Below are positions 38,332 to 54,700 of a stretch of 64,000 nt of DNA, in pieces (within the stretch, counting starts at the first letter, position 1; each line of letters begins with the position of its first letter). Made by a program: the position numbers and the translations under genes. Source of the stretch: Eledone cirrhosa (lineage: Eukaryota); contig OZ024744.1 in NCBI GenBank assembly GCA_964016885.1, forward strand, positions 53,382,001 through 53,446,000, in the 5' to 3' direction. The notes below the pieces were generated by a model. The model was not told the DNA's origin and searched no databases. It saw only the letters and a list, made by a program, of their open reading frames with translations.

Positions 38332-38722
38332 TCCACGCGCGCGCGCGCACACAGACACACAGAATCACATAGATAATGACAGTCGTACGTATAGACGCCC
38401 GCTATACACACACATTTAAGGAGAACATATAAACATGTAAACATACGCATACATACATCCAGAGAGGCACGTCCATGCACAGACACATGCCCACATGCCT
38501 ATATACATCAACATACACACACATGTGTGCATACACATGCACACGCGTATATATACCCGTACACACAAACACGTGCAGACATATACATAGACCCCCTCCC
38601 TCCACCAACGCACACACATATATATACACGTACCCATATACATATATACACATACAGATACACACTCGCTCGCAAACACACATATATACAGACAAACAAC
38701 CCCTTTCCCTAGACAGGTGTTT

Positions 38723-38760
<38 letters not shown>

Positions 38761-38814
38761 GCTCATATACACTCTTACAAATATGCGCATATTCATATAC
38801 ACACCAACGCACGC

Positions 38815-38857
<43 letters not shown>

Positions 38858-38863
<6 letters not shown>

Positions 38864-39140
38864 ATACTTTGGGAGGGTCATGTTGCTAATAAGAAACACA
38901 CGCACCAGTTGCTTTCACTTCAATTTATTATATATTTATAAATTTATAAATTTACAAATCTACAAACTTATAAATTTCTGGTTGGTTGGTTCCACAACCA
39001 GATAGTTGTTTATATATATAGTCATAGTCCTTTCGTCACACACTCTGTGACCTCTTCAGTGACTGGGGATTCCTTTCTTCGTTTCTGTGCCTTTTCTTTC
39101 TTCTATCCTACGCCATTTTGTTTCTCTTTGTGTCTCTTTG
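38858..39140 (-). mobile_element. Hammerhead-bearing repeat H2 copy 1 (Penelope-like pLTR)
   Basis: 38858-39066 is an inverted homolog of ~41605-41735; abuts (TA)n. Confidence 0.62.
39020..39064 (-). ncRNA. Minimal type I hammerhead ribozyme motif (H2 copy 1)
   Basis: Minus strand AGTCA-CTGAAGA-G-GTCACA(GAGTG)TGTGAC-GAAA-GGAC-TA-TGACT: 5-bp stem I, 6-bp stem II, UA cleavage site. Confidence 0.78.
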
Positions 39141-39279
39141 AACCAAATAAATATATATATATTTTTAAAAAAAATAAGACTCCAGTTGCATTTTCGATTT
39201 CATCTTTTTTTCTTTATACTTTCACTCCTGTAGGACACCTCGGTTATTTTTCATTTTGTAAAAAAAACCTCACTTTCTA

Positions 39280-39310
<31 letters not shown>

Positions 39311-39403
39311 AAAAGAATATGCACACAAAGTCATATAAAGATACACAACGGGTCACACATGAAAGGATGCATCTTGTTACAAATATAGACATATATGAAA
39401 AAA

Positions 39404-39562
<159 letters not shown>

Positions 39563-39984
39563 AAATGCATAAAAATATATAAAAAAATATAACGGCACAT
39601 AAAGATACACAGTGGGCTATACATGAAAGGGTGCACCTTGTTATATGCCTACAGAGATGTTGTTACGTTGCGAACATGGATCAATCCATGTATGGAATCT
39701 TCACGCAAAGCCACATAATGTACGTTCATGGTGTTACAGAAAGTAGTATGCACAGACCGTACATAGAAAATGCATGCAGAATATATATAAAAAAGAAGGA
39801 ACGTGTATGCATATGAGATAGTACATAAGAGAAGTATGAGATACACACGTGGGTCTGTATACGGAAAATACATTAGGTATTACAAAATGGAATGCGTGGA
39901 GTGTATGCACTCTCTACTGAAAAGATACACATGCAGGGGGGTGCGTGGACCGGCCATACTGGAGTATGTCACTGTGGTTGAGGT

Positions 39985-41300
39985 ATAGTGTCTTATTGGT
40001 GTGAGGCACTTGACTGAATATCAATGGAATCCGGGTCAACCTGTCCCGGCTCAGGCGATGTTTTTGCCTCGGGTGACGTGCAGAGTCGGGTAGGCATCCT
40101 GGGTTATTTCGGCTTACCCCACGGGGCATATATAGTCAACAGGGTATGGTGTCTGATCCCTTGAACCCGTTTTGCCGCTCTGATCGGCGTGCACTCCACC
40201 GCATGCCTTTAGCTTGGGCTGTCTCGTGGATTCTATGCGGAGAGTGTGCACCTTCTCTGGTGTCTGCACGTCATGATTATTTCCGATTTCAGGTTGACCG
40301 CATCATCTATCAGTCTGACTATCTCCATGGCCTCGGATAGGCATAGCCTACAAATTTCTATTTCCAGCCGAATATGCATTCGCGTGCCGAACGATACTCC
40401 AGTTGAGGACATACGGGATGCCTTTGTCTTTCAAGCCCCACACCAGGTCCGCCAGCCTCGTAGAGTGTTTCTTGCTCCGGTCCTTGAAAGAGTTAGTGTG
40501 GTTATACATCCGCGGTTTAAAGGTCGTGGATGTTGCGCCGATATAGGTGCGCTTTATATTGTGCGTGCTAACCTCACATTTATATACCAGACCCTTCGTT
40601 AGGCATCTTCCCTGCAGAGGGCACTGTGTTCCCGCTCTGCAGTTGCACGTTCTGTCGTTACATTGTTCATTTCGGACGCCTGGCCCTTGATCTGCCACGG
40701 CCCTCTCCCGATTCTCTGGGTGTTGTTCTGCCGACACGGTGCCCTCCCCCTCCACTCATTTCCGCCCGGCGTTGGATTGTATCGTCTTCCGCGGGTGTGT
40801 CGGCCGCCGCATGGGCCAGGTTGTAGTTGGAAGACCGGTCTGCAATGGGCCCTCCGGTCTCCGATGGACGGTCATTCGGCCGCCGTGGTTGACGGTTGAG
40901 GTTCCCCATCTTCGCCGCGTTGGTTTTGGCCATGTAGTCTGCCATGTTAGGTGCGGTGGAGAAGGAGAACTTCACCGTGTGGCGGTTGAAAATCTTGTGG
41001 TATCTGCTCGACGGCGGGAAGCTCTCGTCCAACGCTCGAAAGAAGAGGCCTGGTACATTGCTGCATACATGCTTAGAATACGGCACGTTAAACCATGTAA
41101 CAGCCTTAGAACTTGTCTTGTTCCTTCGTGTGTGTGTACTGCCGTGAATATGTGTTGGGTTAGTTGTCCGTCTCGGCTTTTGCCCGCCCGTTATTTCGTC
41201 CCCTATGTTGCCGCTATCTATATGTCTACCGTGGGCGATCGGGGTTACGCCGTTCGCTCACTGAGGTATTCCGTTTTGTATTGTCGGCTCTACTGTTAAT
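39985..41300 (-). mobile_element. Penelope-like element 3' fragment (thumb/linker and GIY-YIG endonuclease), frameshifted
   Basis: WFNVPYSKHV...FPPSSRYHKIFNRHTVKFSFS..PNM; CNCRAGTQCPLQGRC...LVYKC...YIGATSTTFKPRMYNHTNSF; after a frameshift CRLCLSE...NLKSEIIMTCRH. The 3' boundary is uncertain. Confidence 0.88.
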
Positions 41301-41332
41301 CTCGTTAATGATATATATATATATATATATAT

Positions 41333-41740
41333 AATACCCTGATAACTTTGATAGATTTCGGCCAGCAAGTCTAACTTACTAGCAAGAGTGAAATAGCAAC
41401 ATCACAACTAGTTATTAATGACAAAATGAAGACATACAGACACACACAATTACCAAACTAATAAGACAAAGCCAACACACAGGCAGAACATACAACCAGC
41501 TGGTGACAAGTAAACATACACATAAATAAATAAACACACACACACACAACTCACAAAAGCAAGATAGTGTAGGACAGAACAATGGAAAGCTACAAAATAA
41601 AACTCAGTCACTGAGGAGGTCACAGAATGTGTGATGAAAGAGCTTTGACAATATATAAACAACCAACTGGATATTTATAAAACCAACAGGTGCGTGTGTT
41701 TTTATTGGCAACATGACCCTTCCAAAGTATAAGAATATCT
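41333..41740 (+). mobile_element. Hammerhead-bearing repeat H2 copy 2, with a possible decayed PLE C-terminus
   Basis: Flanked by (TA)n; weak LTSKSEI match (~41377-41397) to the NLKSEI C-terminal motif of the adjacent PLE. Confidence 0.55.
41607..41649 (+). ncRNA. Minimal type I hammerhead ribozyme motif (H2 copy 2)
   Basis: GTCA-CTGAGGA-G-GTCACA(GAATG)TGTGAT-GAAA-GAGC-TT-TGAC. Confidence 0.72.
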
Positions 41741-42591
41741 GTTTCAACACACCTTTTCAGATGAGAAATCTTGCAAAGCAAATTCAAAAACGAAGTATAT
41801 ATATATATACACACACACACACGAGTAATATAAGATTTAACAGCTGCCTAGAGGATAATGTAGCACATAATTGATTTAGCTGCGCCATAAGTACTAACAC
41901 TATTCTTTATACTGCTTCTATCTTACTTTTTTATCTTACTTTTCTTTGTCTTTCCTTCGCCCCCTCTCGTTTTTGATACTCATCCGGATTACGCCACTTT
42001 CGTTATTACTGTGGGTTTTCATTTTGGTTTTAATCCATAACACATTACATACTAGCCTTTTTCATAAATGCTTCATCTCCTCTCAGGCCTTTCATCTCCT
42101 CTCACGCCTTTCATTGAACATTGGTTTTTGCGTCGACCGATATAATTTGTGATTATTTTATTGTATACTAGCAGTAATACCAGACATTCATTCGGAAAGA
42201 GATGCTTGCCGAAACTCTTTAAGGCTTTGCCTCTGTATAATCGCAGAACAGGCGAGTGACTGAAACAAAATCAGTGAAACATTTGCCAAATTTTATTTTT
42301 ATTGTTCCTTTGATTTGTCGGTTGTATATGTAGGGAACAAAACATCACTGCACCTCACAACCCTCAAACAGGAACGACCATTAAAAATATTGAAAAGCCC
42401 TCACACCCACTCCAAATACTTGGCCTTATTCTCACTCACTGTCTCCTGGTGAACGCCCATCCTCAACTTATATAGAACTGTATCTAACAAACCAACCTAT
42501 TTCTTCAGAGCCAGAAAATACTTTGGCCTCGAATATTTGTGATAAAATCCACAATGAAGTGGTGTTTCCACACCTGGCACGGTGCTACTGA

Positions 42592-42791
42592 NNNNNNNNN
42601 NNNNNNNNNNNNNNNNNNNNNNNNNNNNNNNNNNNNNNNNNNNNNNNNNNNNNNNNNNNNNNNNNNNNNNNNNNNNNNNNNNNNNNNNNNNNNNNNNNNN
42701 NNNNNNNNNNNNNNNNNNNNNNNNNNNNNNNNNNNNNNNNNNNNNNNNNNNNNNNNNNNNNNNNNNNNNNNNNNNNNNNNNNNNNNNNNNN
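42592..42791. other. Assembly gap (200 N)
   Basis: Run of exactly 200 n; the round size suggests a scaffold join of unknown true length. Confidence 0.99.
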
Positions 42792-45700
42792 ACAAGCACT
42801 CTCATCAATATCACTATGACCACCAGCACTCTCGCCAACATCACCAATATCACTATGACCACCAGCACTCTCGCCAAATTCATTATGAACACCAGCACAC
42901 TCACCAACATCATTATGACCACCAGCACACTCAGAAGCATCATCAATATCACTATGAACACCAGCTTTCTCACCAACATCACAAACATTACTATGACCAC
43001 CAGCTCTCTCACTAATATCTCTATGATCACCGCCGCTCTCACTAACATTACTATGACCACCAGCACTCTCACGACCATCAGCAACATCACCAACGTTACT
43101 ATAACCACAGCACTGTCACCAATATTATGAATATCAATATGACCACTAGCTCTCAACTATATCACTATGACAACCAGCATTATCACCAACATCACTCTGA
43201 CCACCAGCACTGTCACCAAAATCCCCAATATCACTATGGCCACCAGTACTCTCGACAACATCAGTATGACCACCAGCACTCTCACTAACATCACCAATAT
43301 CACTATGACCACCAGCACTCTCACCAACATCACTATGTCCACCGGCATTCTCACCAACATCACTATGACCACCAGCACCCTCATCAACATCATTATGAAA
43401 ACTAGCACTCTCACCAGCATCATCAATATCACTATGACCAGCGGCACTCTCAACAAATTCACCAATATCACTATGACCACCAGCACTCTCACCAACATCA
43501 CTATGACTAACAGTACCAGAATCAAGATTACCAATATCACTATGACCACCAGCAATGTCACCAACATCAGCAATATCACTATGACCACCGGCACCCTCAC
43601 CAGCATCAGCAATATCACTATGACCAGCAACACTCACACCAATATCACTATGACCACCGGCACCCTCACCCACATCGCCAACATTACTATGGCCACCAGC
43701 AACCTCACCAACATCACTACTACCACCAGCATTCTCACCGACATCACTATGACAACCAGCACTCTCACCAACATCAACAACATCACTATGACCTCCAGCA
43801 CTCTCACCAATATGACTATGACCACCAGCACTCTCACCAACATCACTATGTCACCAGCACTCTCACCAATATCACTATGACCACCAACACTTTCAAGCAC
43901 ACCACTATGACCACCGGCACTTTCAACAGCTTCAGCAATATCACTATGACGACCGGCACCCTCACCAACAGCACCAATATTACTATGGCCACCAGCAACC
44001 TCACCGACATTACGACTACCACCAGCATTTTCAGCAACATCACTATGACCACCAGCACTCTCACCAACATAACCAATATCAAAATGACCACAAGCACTCT
44101 CCACAACATCACTATGACCCGCAGCACTCTCTCCAACATCACCAATATCTCTATGACCACCACCACTCTCACCAACATTACTATGACTAATAGCACTCTC
44201 AGCAACATCACTATGACCACCAGCACCAGCACCAACATCACCAATATCACTATGACCACCAGCACTCTCACCAACATCACTATGACCAGCAGCACTCTCA
44301 CCAACATCATCAATATCACCATGACCACCAGCTCTATCACCAATTTCACTATGACCACCAGCACACTCACCAACATCAGTATGACCACCAGCACACTCAA
44401 TCATATCACTACGAACGCCAGCACCATCACGAACATCAGCAATATCACTATGACCACCAGCAATCTCACCTACATCACTATGACATCCAGCACTCTTACC
44501 AATATTACTATGACCACCATCTCTCTCACCAATATCACTATGACCACCAGCACTCTTATCAATAATACTATGATCACCAGAACTCTCACCAACATCACTA
44601 TGACCACCAGACCCAGCACCAACATCACCAATTTCACTATGACCACCAGCACTGTCACCAAAATCACCAATATCACTATGACCACCAGCACCCTCGCCAA
44701 CACCACCAATATCACTATGACCACCAGCACTCTCACCAAAATCACTATGACCTCCAGCCCTCGTACCAATAATACTATGACCACCAGCACTCTCACCAAC
44801 ATCACTATGTCACCAGCGCTCTCGCCAACATCACTATCACCATCAGCACTCTCACGAACATCAGCAATATCACTATGACCACCAACATTCTCAAGCACAT
44901 CACTACGATCACCAGCACTCTCACCAGCATCACCAATATCACTATGATCAGCGGCACCCTCACCCACATCAGCAACATTACTATGGCCACCAGCAACGTC
45001 ACCAACATTATTACTACCACCAGTATTGTCACCGACATCACTATGACCACCAGCACTCTCACCATCATCACTATGACCATCACCAAATTCACCAATATCA
45101 CTCTGACCACCACCAATCTCACCAACATCACTATGACCACCAGCAATCTCACCAACATCACTATGACCACCAGCACTCCCACCAACATCACCAATATCAT
45201 TATGATCACCAGTACTCTCACCCACATCACTATGACCACCAGCACTCTCACCTATATCACTATGACAACCAGCATTCTCACCGACATCACTATGACCACC
45301 AGCACTCTCACCAGCATCACTATGGCCACCAGCATTTTCACCAACATCATTATGACCACCAGCACATTCACTAACATCACTATGTCCACCAGCACTGTCA
45401 CCAGCATCACCAATATCACTATGACAACCAGCATTCTCACAGACAACACTATGACCACCAGCACTCTTGTCAACATCACTATGACCACCAGCACTCTCAC
45501 CAGCATCACTATGGCCACCAGCACTCTCGCCAACATCACTATGACCACCAGCATATTCACCAACATCACTATGTCCAACAGCACTGTCACCAGCATCATC
45601 AATATCACTATGACCACCAGCAATCTCACCTTCATTACTATGATCAACAGCTCTCTCACCAACTTCACTATGACCACCAGCACTCTCTCCTAGATCAGAA

Positions 45701-48700
45701 TGACCACCAGCTGTCTCACCAACATCACTATGACCACGAGCACTCTCACCAACATCACTCTCACCAACAGCACTCTCACCAACATCATTAATATCACCAT
45801 GACCACCAGCTCTATCACCAATTTCACTATGACCACCAGCACACTCACCAACATCAGTATGACCACCAGCACACTCAATCATATCACGATGAACGCCAGC
45901 ACCATCACGAACAACAGCAATATCACTATGACCACCAGCAATCTCACCCACATCACTATGACATCCAGCACTTTCACCAATATTACTATGACCACCAGCT
46001 CACTCACCAATATCACTATGACCACCAACAATCTCACCCACATCACTATGACATCCAGCACTTTCACCAATATCACTATGACCACCAGCACTCTTACCAA
46101 TATTACTATGATCACCAGAACTCTCACCAACATCACTATGACCACCAGACCCAGCACCAAAATTACCAATATCACTATGACCACCAGCACTCTCACCAAG
46201 ACCACCAATATCACTATGACCACCAGCACTCTCACTAACATCACTATGACCTCCAGCCCTCGTACCAATAATACTATGACAACCAGCAATCTCACCCACA
46301 TCACTATGACATCCAGCACTTTTACCAATATTACAATGACCACCAGCTCTCTCACCAATATCACTATAACCACCAGCACTCTTACCAATATTACTATGAT
46401 CACCAGAACTCTCACCAACATCACTATGACCACCAGACCCAGCACCAACATCACCAATTTCACTATGACCACCAGCTCTGTCACCAAAATCACCAATATC
46501 ACTATGACCACCAGCACTCTCACCAACACCACCAATATCACTATGACCACCAGCAATCTCACCGACATCACTATGACCACCAGCACTCCCACCAACATCA
46601 CCAATATCATTATGATCACCAGTACTCTCACCCACATCACTATGACCACCAGCACTCTCACCTATATCACTATGACAACCAGCATTCTCACCGACATCAC
46701 TATGACCACCAGCACTCTCACCAGCATCACTATGGCCACCAGCATTTTCACCAACATCATTATGACCAACAGCACATTCACTAACATCACTATGTCCACC
46801 AGCACTGTCGCCAGCATCACCAATATCACTATGACAACCAGCATTCTCACAGACAACACTATGACCAGCAGCTCTCTCAACAATATCACTATGACCACCA
46901 GCACTCTTACCAATATTACTATGATCACCAGAACTCTCACCAACATCACTATGACCACCAGACCCAGCACCAACATCACCAATTTCACTATGACCACAAG
47001 CTCTGTTACCAAAATCACCAATATCACTATGACCACCAGCACTCTCACCAACATCACTATGACCACCAGACCCAGCACCAACATCACCAATATCACTATA
47101 ACCACTAGCACTCTCACAAACATTACTATGACCACCAGCACTCTCGCCAACATCACTATGACCACCAGCATATTCACCAACATCACTATGTCCAACAGCA
47201 CTGTCACCAGCATCATCAATATCACTATGACCACCAGCAATCTCACCTTCATTACTATGATCAACAGCTCTCTCACCAACTTCACTATGACCACCAGCAC
47301 TCTCTCCTAGATCAGAATGACCACCAGCTGTCTCACCAACATCACTATGACCACGAGCACTCTCACCAACATCACTCTCACCAACAGCACTCTCACCAAC
47401 ATCATTAATATCACCATGACCACCAGCTCTATCACCAATTTCACTATGACCACCAGCACACTCACCAACATCAGTATGACCACCAGCACACTCAATCATA
47501 TCACGATGAACGCCAGCACCATCACGAACATCAGCAATATCACTATGACCACCAGCAATCTCACCCACATCACTATGACATCCAGCACTTTCACCAATAT
47601 CACTATGACCACCAGCACTCTTACCAATATTACTATGATCACCAGAACTCTCACCAACATCACTATGACCACCAGACCCAGCACCAAAATTACCAATATC
47701 ACTATGACCACCAATATCACTATGACCACCAGCACTCTCACCAACATCACTATGACCTCCAGCCCTCGTACCAATAATACTATGACAACCAGCACTCTCA
47801 CCAACATCACTATGTCACCAGCGCTCTCACCAATATCACTATCACCATCAGCACTCTCACGAACATCAGCAATATCACTATGTCCACCAACATTCTCAAG
47901 CACATCACTACGACCACCAGCACTCTCACCAGCATCACCAATATCACTATGATCAGCGGCACCCTCACCCACATCACCAATATTACTATGGCCACCAGCA
48001 ACGTCACCAACATTATTACTACCACCAGTATTCTCACCGACATCACTATGACCACCATCACTCTCGCCATCATCATTATGACCATCATCACCATCACCAA
48101 ATTCACCAATATCACTCTGACCACCAGCACTCTCACCAACATCACTATGACCCCCAGCAATCTCACCAACATCACCAATATCAAAAGGACCACCAGCACC
48201 CTCACCAACATCACTATGACCACCAGCACTTTCACCAACATCACTATGACCACCAGCACTCTCACCAATATCACCAATATCACACATTATCATTATGATC
48301 ACCAGTACTCTCACCCACATCAATATGACCACCAGCACTCTCACCTATATCACTATGACAACCAGCATTCTCACCGACATCACTATGACCACCAGAACTC
48401 TCACCAGCATCACTATGGCCACCAGCATTTTCACCAGCATCATTATGACCACCAGCACTCTTGCCAACATCACTATGACCACCAGCACATTCACCAACAT
48501 CACTATGTCTACCAGCACTGTCACCAGCATCACCAATATCACTATGACAACCAGCATCCTCACAGATATCACTATGACCACCAGCACTCTAACCAACATC
48601 ACTATGACCACCAGACCCAGCACCAACATCACCAATATCACTATAACCACTAGCACTCTCACCTTCATTACTATGATCAACAACTCTCTCACCAACTTCA

Positions 48701-51700
48701 CTATGACAACCAGCACTCTCTCCTACATCAGAATGACGACCAGCTGTCTCACCAACATCACTATGACCAACAGCACTCTCACCAACATCATCAATATCAC
48801 CATGACCACCAGCTCTATCACCAATTTCACTATGACCACCAGCACACTCACCAACATCAGTATGACCACCAGCACACTCAATCATATCACTATGAACGCC
48901 AGCACCATCACGAACATCAGCAATATCACTATGACCACCAGCAATCTCACCGACATCACTATGACATCCAGCACTTTTACCAATATTACTATGACCACCA
49001 GCTCTCTCACCAATATCCCTATGACCACCAGCACTCTTACCAATATTACTATGAACACCAGCATTCTCACCAACATCACCAATATCATTATGACCACCAG
49101 CACTCTCACCAACATCACTATGACAACTAGCACTCACAACAACATCACTATGACCAACAGCACTTTCACCAGCATGACCAATATCACTATGACCACAGGC
49201 ACTCTTATCAATATCACTATGACCTCCAGCACTCTAACCAAGATCAATATCACAATGACCACCCGTACTCTCACCAACATCACTATGACCACCAGCACTC
49301 TCACCAAGATCACTATGACCACCAGATCCAGCACCAACATAACAATTATCACTATGACCACCAGCACTCTCACCAACATCACTATCACAACTAGCACTCG
49401 CACCAACATCAGTATGACCACCAGCACTGTCACAAACATTATCAAAATCACTATGACCACAGCATTATCCACAATTTCAATATGACCATCAGCACTCTCA
49501 CCAACATCACTATGACCACCAGACCCAGCACCAACATCACCAATATCACTATGACCACCATTGCTCTCACCAACATCACCAATATCACTATGGCCACCAG
49601 CACTCTCACCAACATCACTATCACAACTAGCACTCGCACTAACATCACTATGACCATCAGCAGTCTCACCAGCATAACCAATATCACTATAACCACAGGC
49701 ACTCTCACCAATATCACTATGACCTCCAGCACTCTTACCAATATTACTATGACAAACGGCTCTCTCACCAATATCACTATGACCACCAGTACCAGCACCA
49801 ATATCACCAATATCACTAGGACCACCAGCACTGTCACCAAAATCACAAATAACATTATAACCACAGGCACTCTCACCAATAATACTATGACCTCCAGCAC
49901 TCTTACTAATATTACTATGACCACCAGCTCTCTGACCAATATCACTATGACCACCAGCATTCTCACCTACATCATTATAACCACCCGTACTGTCACCGAC
50001 ATCACTATGACCACCAGCACTCTCACCATCATCACTATGACAACCAGGACCCTCAGCAACATCACTATGCTCACCAGCACTCTCACCAATCTTACTATGA
50101 CCACCAGCTCTCCCACCGACATCACTATGACCACCAGGACTCTCACCAAAATCACTATGACCACCAGCACCAGCACCAACATCACCAATATCACTATGAC
50201 CAATAGCACTGTCACCAAAATCACCAATATCACTATAACCATAGGCACTCTCACCAATATCACTATGACCACCAGCACTCTCTCCAACATCACCAATATC
50301 TCTATGACCCGCACCACTCTCACCAACATCACTACGACCACAAGCACCCTCACCAACATCACTATGACCTCCAGCACTCTCACGAACATCAGCAATATCA
50401 CTATCAACACCAACATTCTCAACCACATCACTATGACCACCAGCACTCACCCGCATTAGCAATATCACTATGACCACCAGCACTGTCACCAAAATCACCA
50501 ATATCACTATGACCACTAACACTCTCACCAACATCACGAATATCACTATGGCCACCAGCACTCTCACCAACATTACTATGACAACTAGCACTCGCACCAA
50601 CATCACGATCACCACCAGCACTCTCACGAACATCAGCAATATCACTATGATCACCAACACTCACAACAACATCACTCTGACCATCAGCACTATCACCAGC
50701 ATCACCAATATCACTATAACCACAGGCACTCTCACCAGTTTAACTATGACCTCCAGCACTCTAACCAATATCACTATGACCACCAGCGCTCTCACGAACA
50801 TCAGCAATATCACTATGACGACCGGCACACTCACCAACATCACTATGACCACCAGCACTCTAACCAACATCACTATGACCACCAGCACTCTCACCATCAG
50901 CACTATGACCACCATCGCCATCACCAAATTCACCAATGTCACTCTGACGACCAACACTCTCACCAGCATCACCAATATCACTTTGACCACCGGCACCCTC
51001 ACCCACATCGCCAACATTACTATGGCCACCAGCAACCTCACCAACATCACTACTACCACCAGCATTCTCACCGACATCACTATGACAACCAGCACTCTCA
51101 CCAACATCACCAACATCACTATGACCACAAGCAATCTCAACAACATCACTATGACTTCCAGCCCTCTTACCAATATAACTATGACCACCAGCACTCTCAA
51201 CAACATCACTATGTCACCAGCACTCTTACCAATATCACAATGACGACCGGCACACTCAACAACATCACCAATGTGACTATGGCCACCAGCAACCTCACCG
51301 ACATTACTACTACCACCAGCATGCTCACCAACATCACTATGACCACCAGAACTCTCACCAACATAACCAATATTAAAATGACCACAAGCACTCTAACCAA
51401 CATCACTGTGACCACCAGCACCAGCACCAACATCACCAATATCACTATGACCACCAGCACTCTCACCAACATCACTATGACCACCAGCACTTTCACCAAC
51501 ATCACTATGACCAACAGCACTCTCACCAATATCACTATGACCACCAGCACTCATACCAATATTACTATGACCACCAACTCTCTCATCGACATCACTATGA
51601 CCACCAGACCCACCACCAACATCACCAATTTCACTATGACCACCAGCAATGTCACCAAAATCACCAATATCACTATGACCAACACCACTCTCACCAACAC

Positions 51701-54700
51701 CACCACTATCACTATGACCACCAGCACTCTCACCAACATCACTATGGCCTCCAGCACTCTTACCAATATTACTATGACCACCAGCACTGTCAGCAAAATC
51801 AGCAATATCACTATGACCACCATTACTCTGACGAACATCACCAATATCACTATGACACCATTACTCTCACCAACATCACTATCACAACTAGCACTCGCAC
51901 CAACATCAGTATGACCACCAGCTCTCTCACGAACATCAGCAATATCCCTATTGCCACCAACACTCACATCAACATCACTATGACCATCAGCACTCTCACC
52001 AATATCACTATGACCTCCAGCACTCTTACCAATATAACTATGACCACCAGCACTCTCACGAACATCAGCAATATCACTTTGACGACCGGCACACTAACCA
52101 ACATCACTATGACCACCAGGACCCTCACCAACATCACTATGACAACCAGCACTCTCACCTATATCACTATGATAACCAACATTCTCACCGACATCACTAT
52201 GACCACCAGCACTCTCACCAAAATCACTATGACCACCAGCACAAACATCACCAACATTACTATGACCACCAGCACTGTCACCAGAATCAACAATATCACT
52301 ATGACCACCAGCATTCTCACCACCATCACCATTATCACTATGACCACCAGCACTCTCACCAACATTACTATGAACACCAGAACCATCACCAACACCACCA
52401 ATATCACTATGACCACCAGAACACTCAGCAATATTACTATGACTACCAGCACTCTCATCTATATCACTATGACCACCAGCACTGTCACAAAAATTATCAA
52501 AATAACTATGACCACAGCATTATCCACAATTTCAATATGACCAACAGCACTCTCACCAACATCACTTTGACCACCAGCACTCATACCAATATTACTATGA
52601 CCACCAGCTCTCTCACCAATATCACTATGACCACCAGCACTCTTACCAATATTACTATGACAAACAGCTCTCTCACCAATATCACTATGACCACCAGCAC
52701 TCTCACCAACATCACCACCAGCCCTTTCTAACATAACCAATATCTTTACGACAAGCACCACTCTCAGCAACATCACTATGACCACCAGGACCCCCACCAA
52801 CATCACTATGATCACCAGCACTCTCACCAATATCACTATGACCACCAGCACTCTCACCTATATCACTAGTATAACCAGTATTCTCACCGACATCACTATG
52901 ACCACCAGCACTCTCACCAAAATCACTATGACCACCAGTACCAGCACCAATATCGGCAATATCACTAGGACCACCAGCACTTTCACCAAAATCACAAATA
53001 TCACTATAACCACAGGCGCTCTCACCAATAATACTATGACCTCCAGCACTCTTACTAATATTAATATGACCGCCAGCTCTCTGACCAATATCACTATGAC
53101 CACCAGCATTCTCATCGACATCATTATGACCACCCGTAATGTCACCGACATCACTATCAAAACTAGCACTCGCACCACATCACTATGACCACCAGCACTC
53201 TCACCAACATCACTATGACCACCAAACCCAGCAACAACATCACCAATATCACTATGACCACCAGCACTGTCACCAAAATCACCAATATCACTATGACCAC
53301 TAACACTCTCACCAACATCACGAATATCACTATCACCACCAGCACTGTCACCAACATCATCAATATCACTATGACCACCAGCATTATCACCAATTTCAAT
53401 ATGACCACCACACCCTCACCAACATCACTATGGCCACCAGCACTCTCACTCATATCACTATGAACGCCAGCACCATCACCAACACCACCAATATCACTAT
53501 TACCACCAGAACACTCAGCAATATTACTATGACTACCAGCACTCTCACCTATATCACTATGACCACCAGCACTGTCAGCAAAATCACCAATATCACTATC
53601 ACCACCAGCACTCTCACCAACATCACCAATATCACTATGGCCACCAGCACTGTCACCAACATCACTATGACAACTAGCACTCGCACCAACATCACTATGA
53701 CCACCAGCACTCTCACGAACATCAGCAATATCTCTGTGACCACCAAGACTCACAACAACATCACTATGACCATCAGCACTATCACCAGCATCACCAATAT
53801 CACTATAACCACAGGCACTCTCACCAGTGTCACTATGACCTACAGCACTCTTACCAATATTACTATGACCACCAGCCCTCTCACCAACGCCACTATAACC
53901 ACAGGCACTCTCACCATTATCATTATGACCACCAGCTTTCACAACAACATCACTATGACGACCAGCATTCTCTTCAACATCACCAATATCTCTATGACCA
54001 ACAGCACTCTCACCAACATCACTATGACCTCCAGCACCAGCACCAACATCACAAATATCACTATCACCACCAGCACTGTCACCAACATCATCAATATCAC
54101 TATGACCACCAGCATTATCACCAATATCACTATGACCACCAGAACACTCAGCAATATTACTATGACTACCAGCACTCTCACCTATATCACTATGACCACC
54201 AGCTCTATCTAACATAACATTACTATGACCACCAGCTCTCTCACCACTATCTCTATGACCACCACCGCTCTCACCAACATCACTCTGACCATCAGCACTC
54301 TCACCATCAGCACTATGACCATCATCACCATCACCAAATTCATCAATATCACTCTGAACCCCAGCTCTCTCACCGCCATCACTATGACCACCAGTTCTCT
54401 CTAACATAACCAACATTTCTGCGACCACCAACACTCTCACAAAAATTACTATGACCACCAGCAATCTCACCAAGATCACCAATATCAAAATGACCACAAG
54501 CACTCTCAGCAACCTCACTATGACCAGCATCACTCTCACCAACATCACTATGACCACCAGCAATCTCACCAACATCACTATGAACACCATCACCATCACC
54601 AAATTCACTAATATCACTCTAACCACCAGCCCTCTCACCAACATCACTATGACCACCAGCTCTCTCTAACATAACCAATATCTCTACAACCACCACCACT

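Noticed and set aside
40739-41299. 186-aa plus-strand ORF
   Set aside because: Antisense shadow of the Penelope-like coding region.
42188-42226. Hammerhead-like cggaaaga...gccgaaactctttaagg
   Set aside because: The CUGANGA core and stems are too degenerate to call.
42497-43156. ORFs spanning the N gap, suggesting a unique N-terminus for the repeat protein
   Set aside because: Artefact of translating through Ns; contiguity across the gap is unknown.
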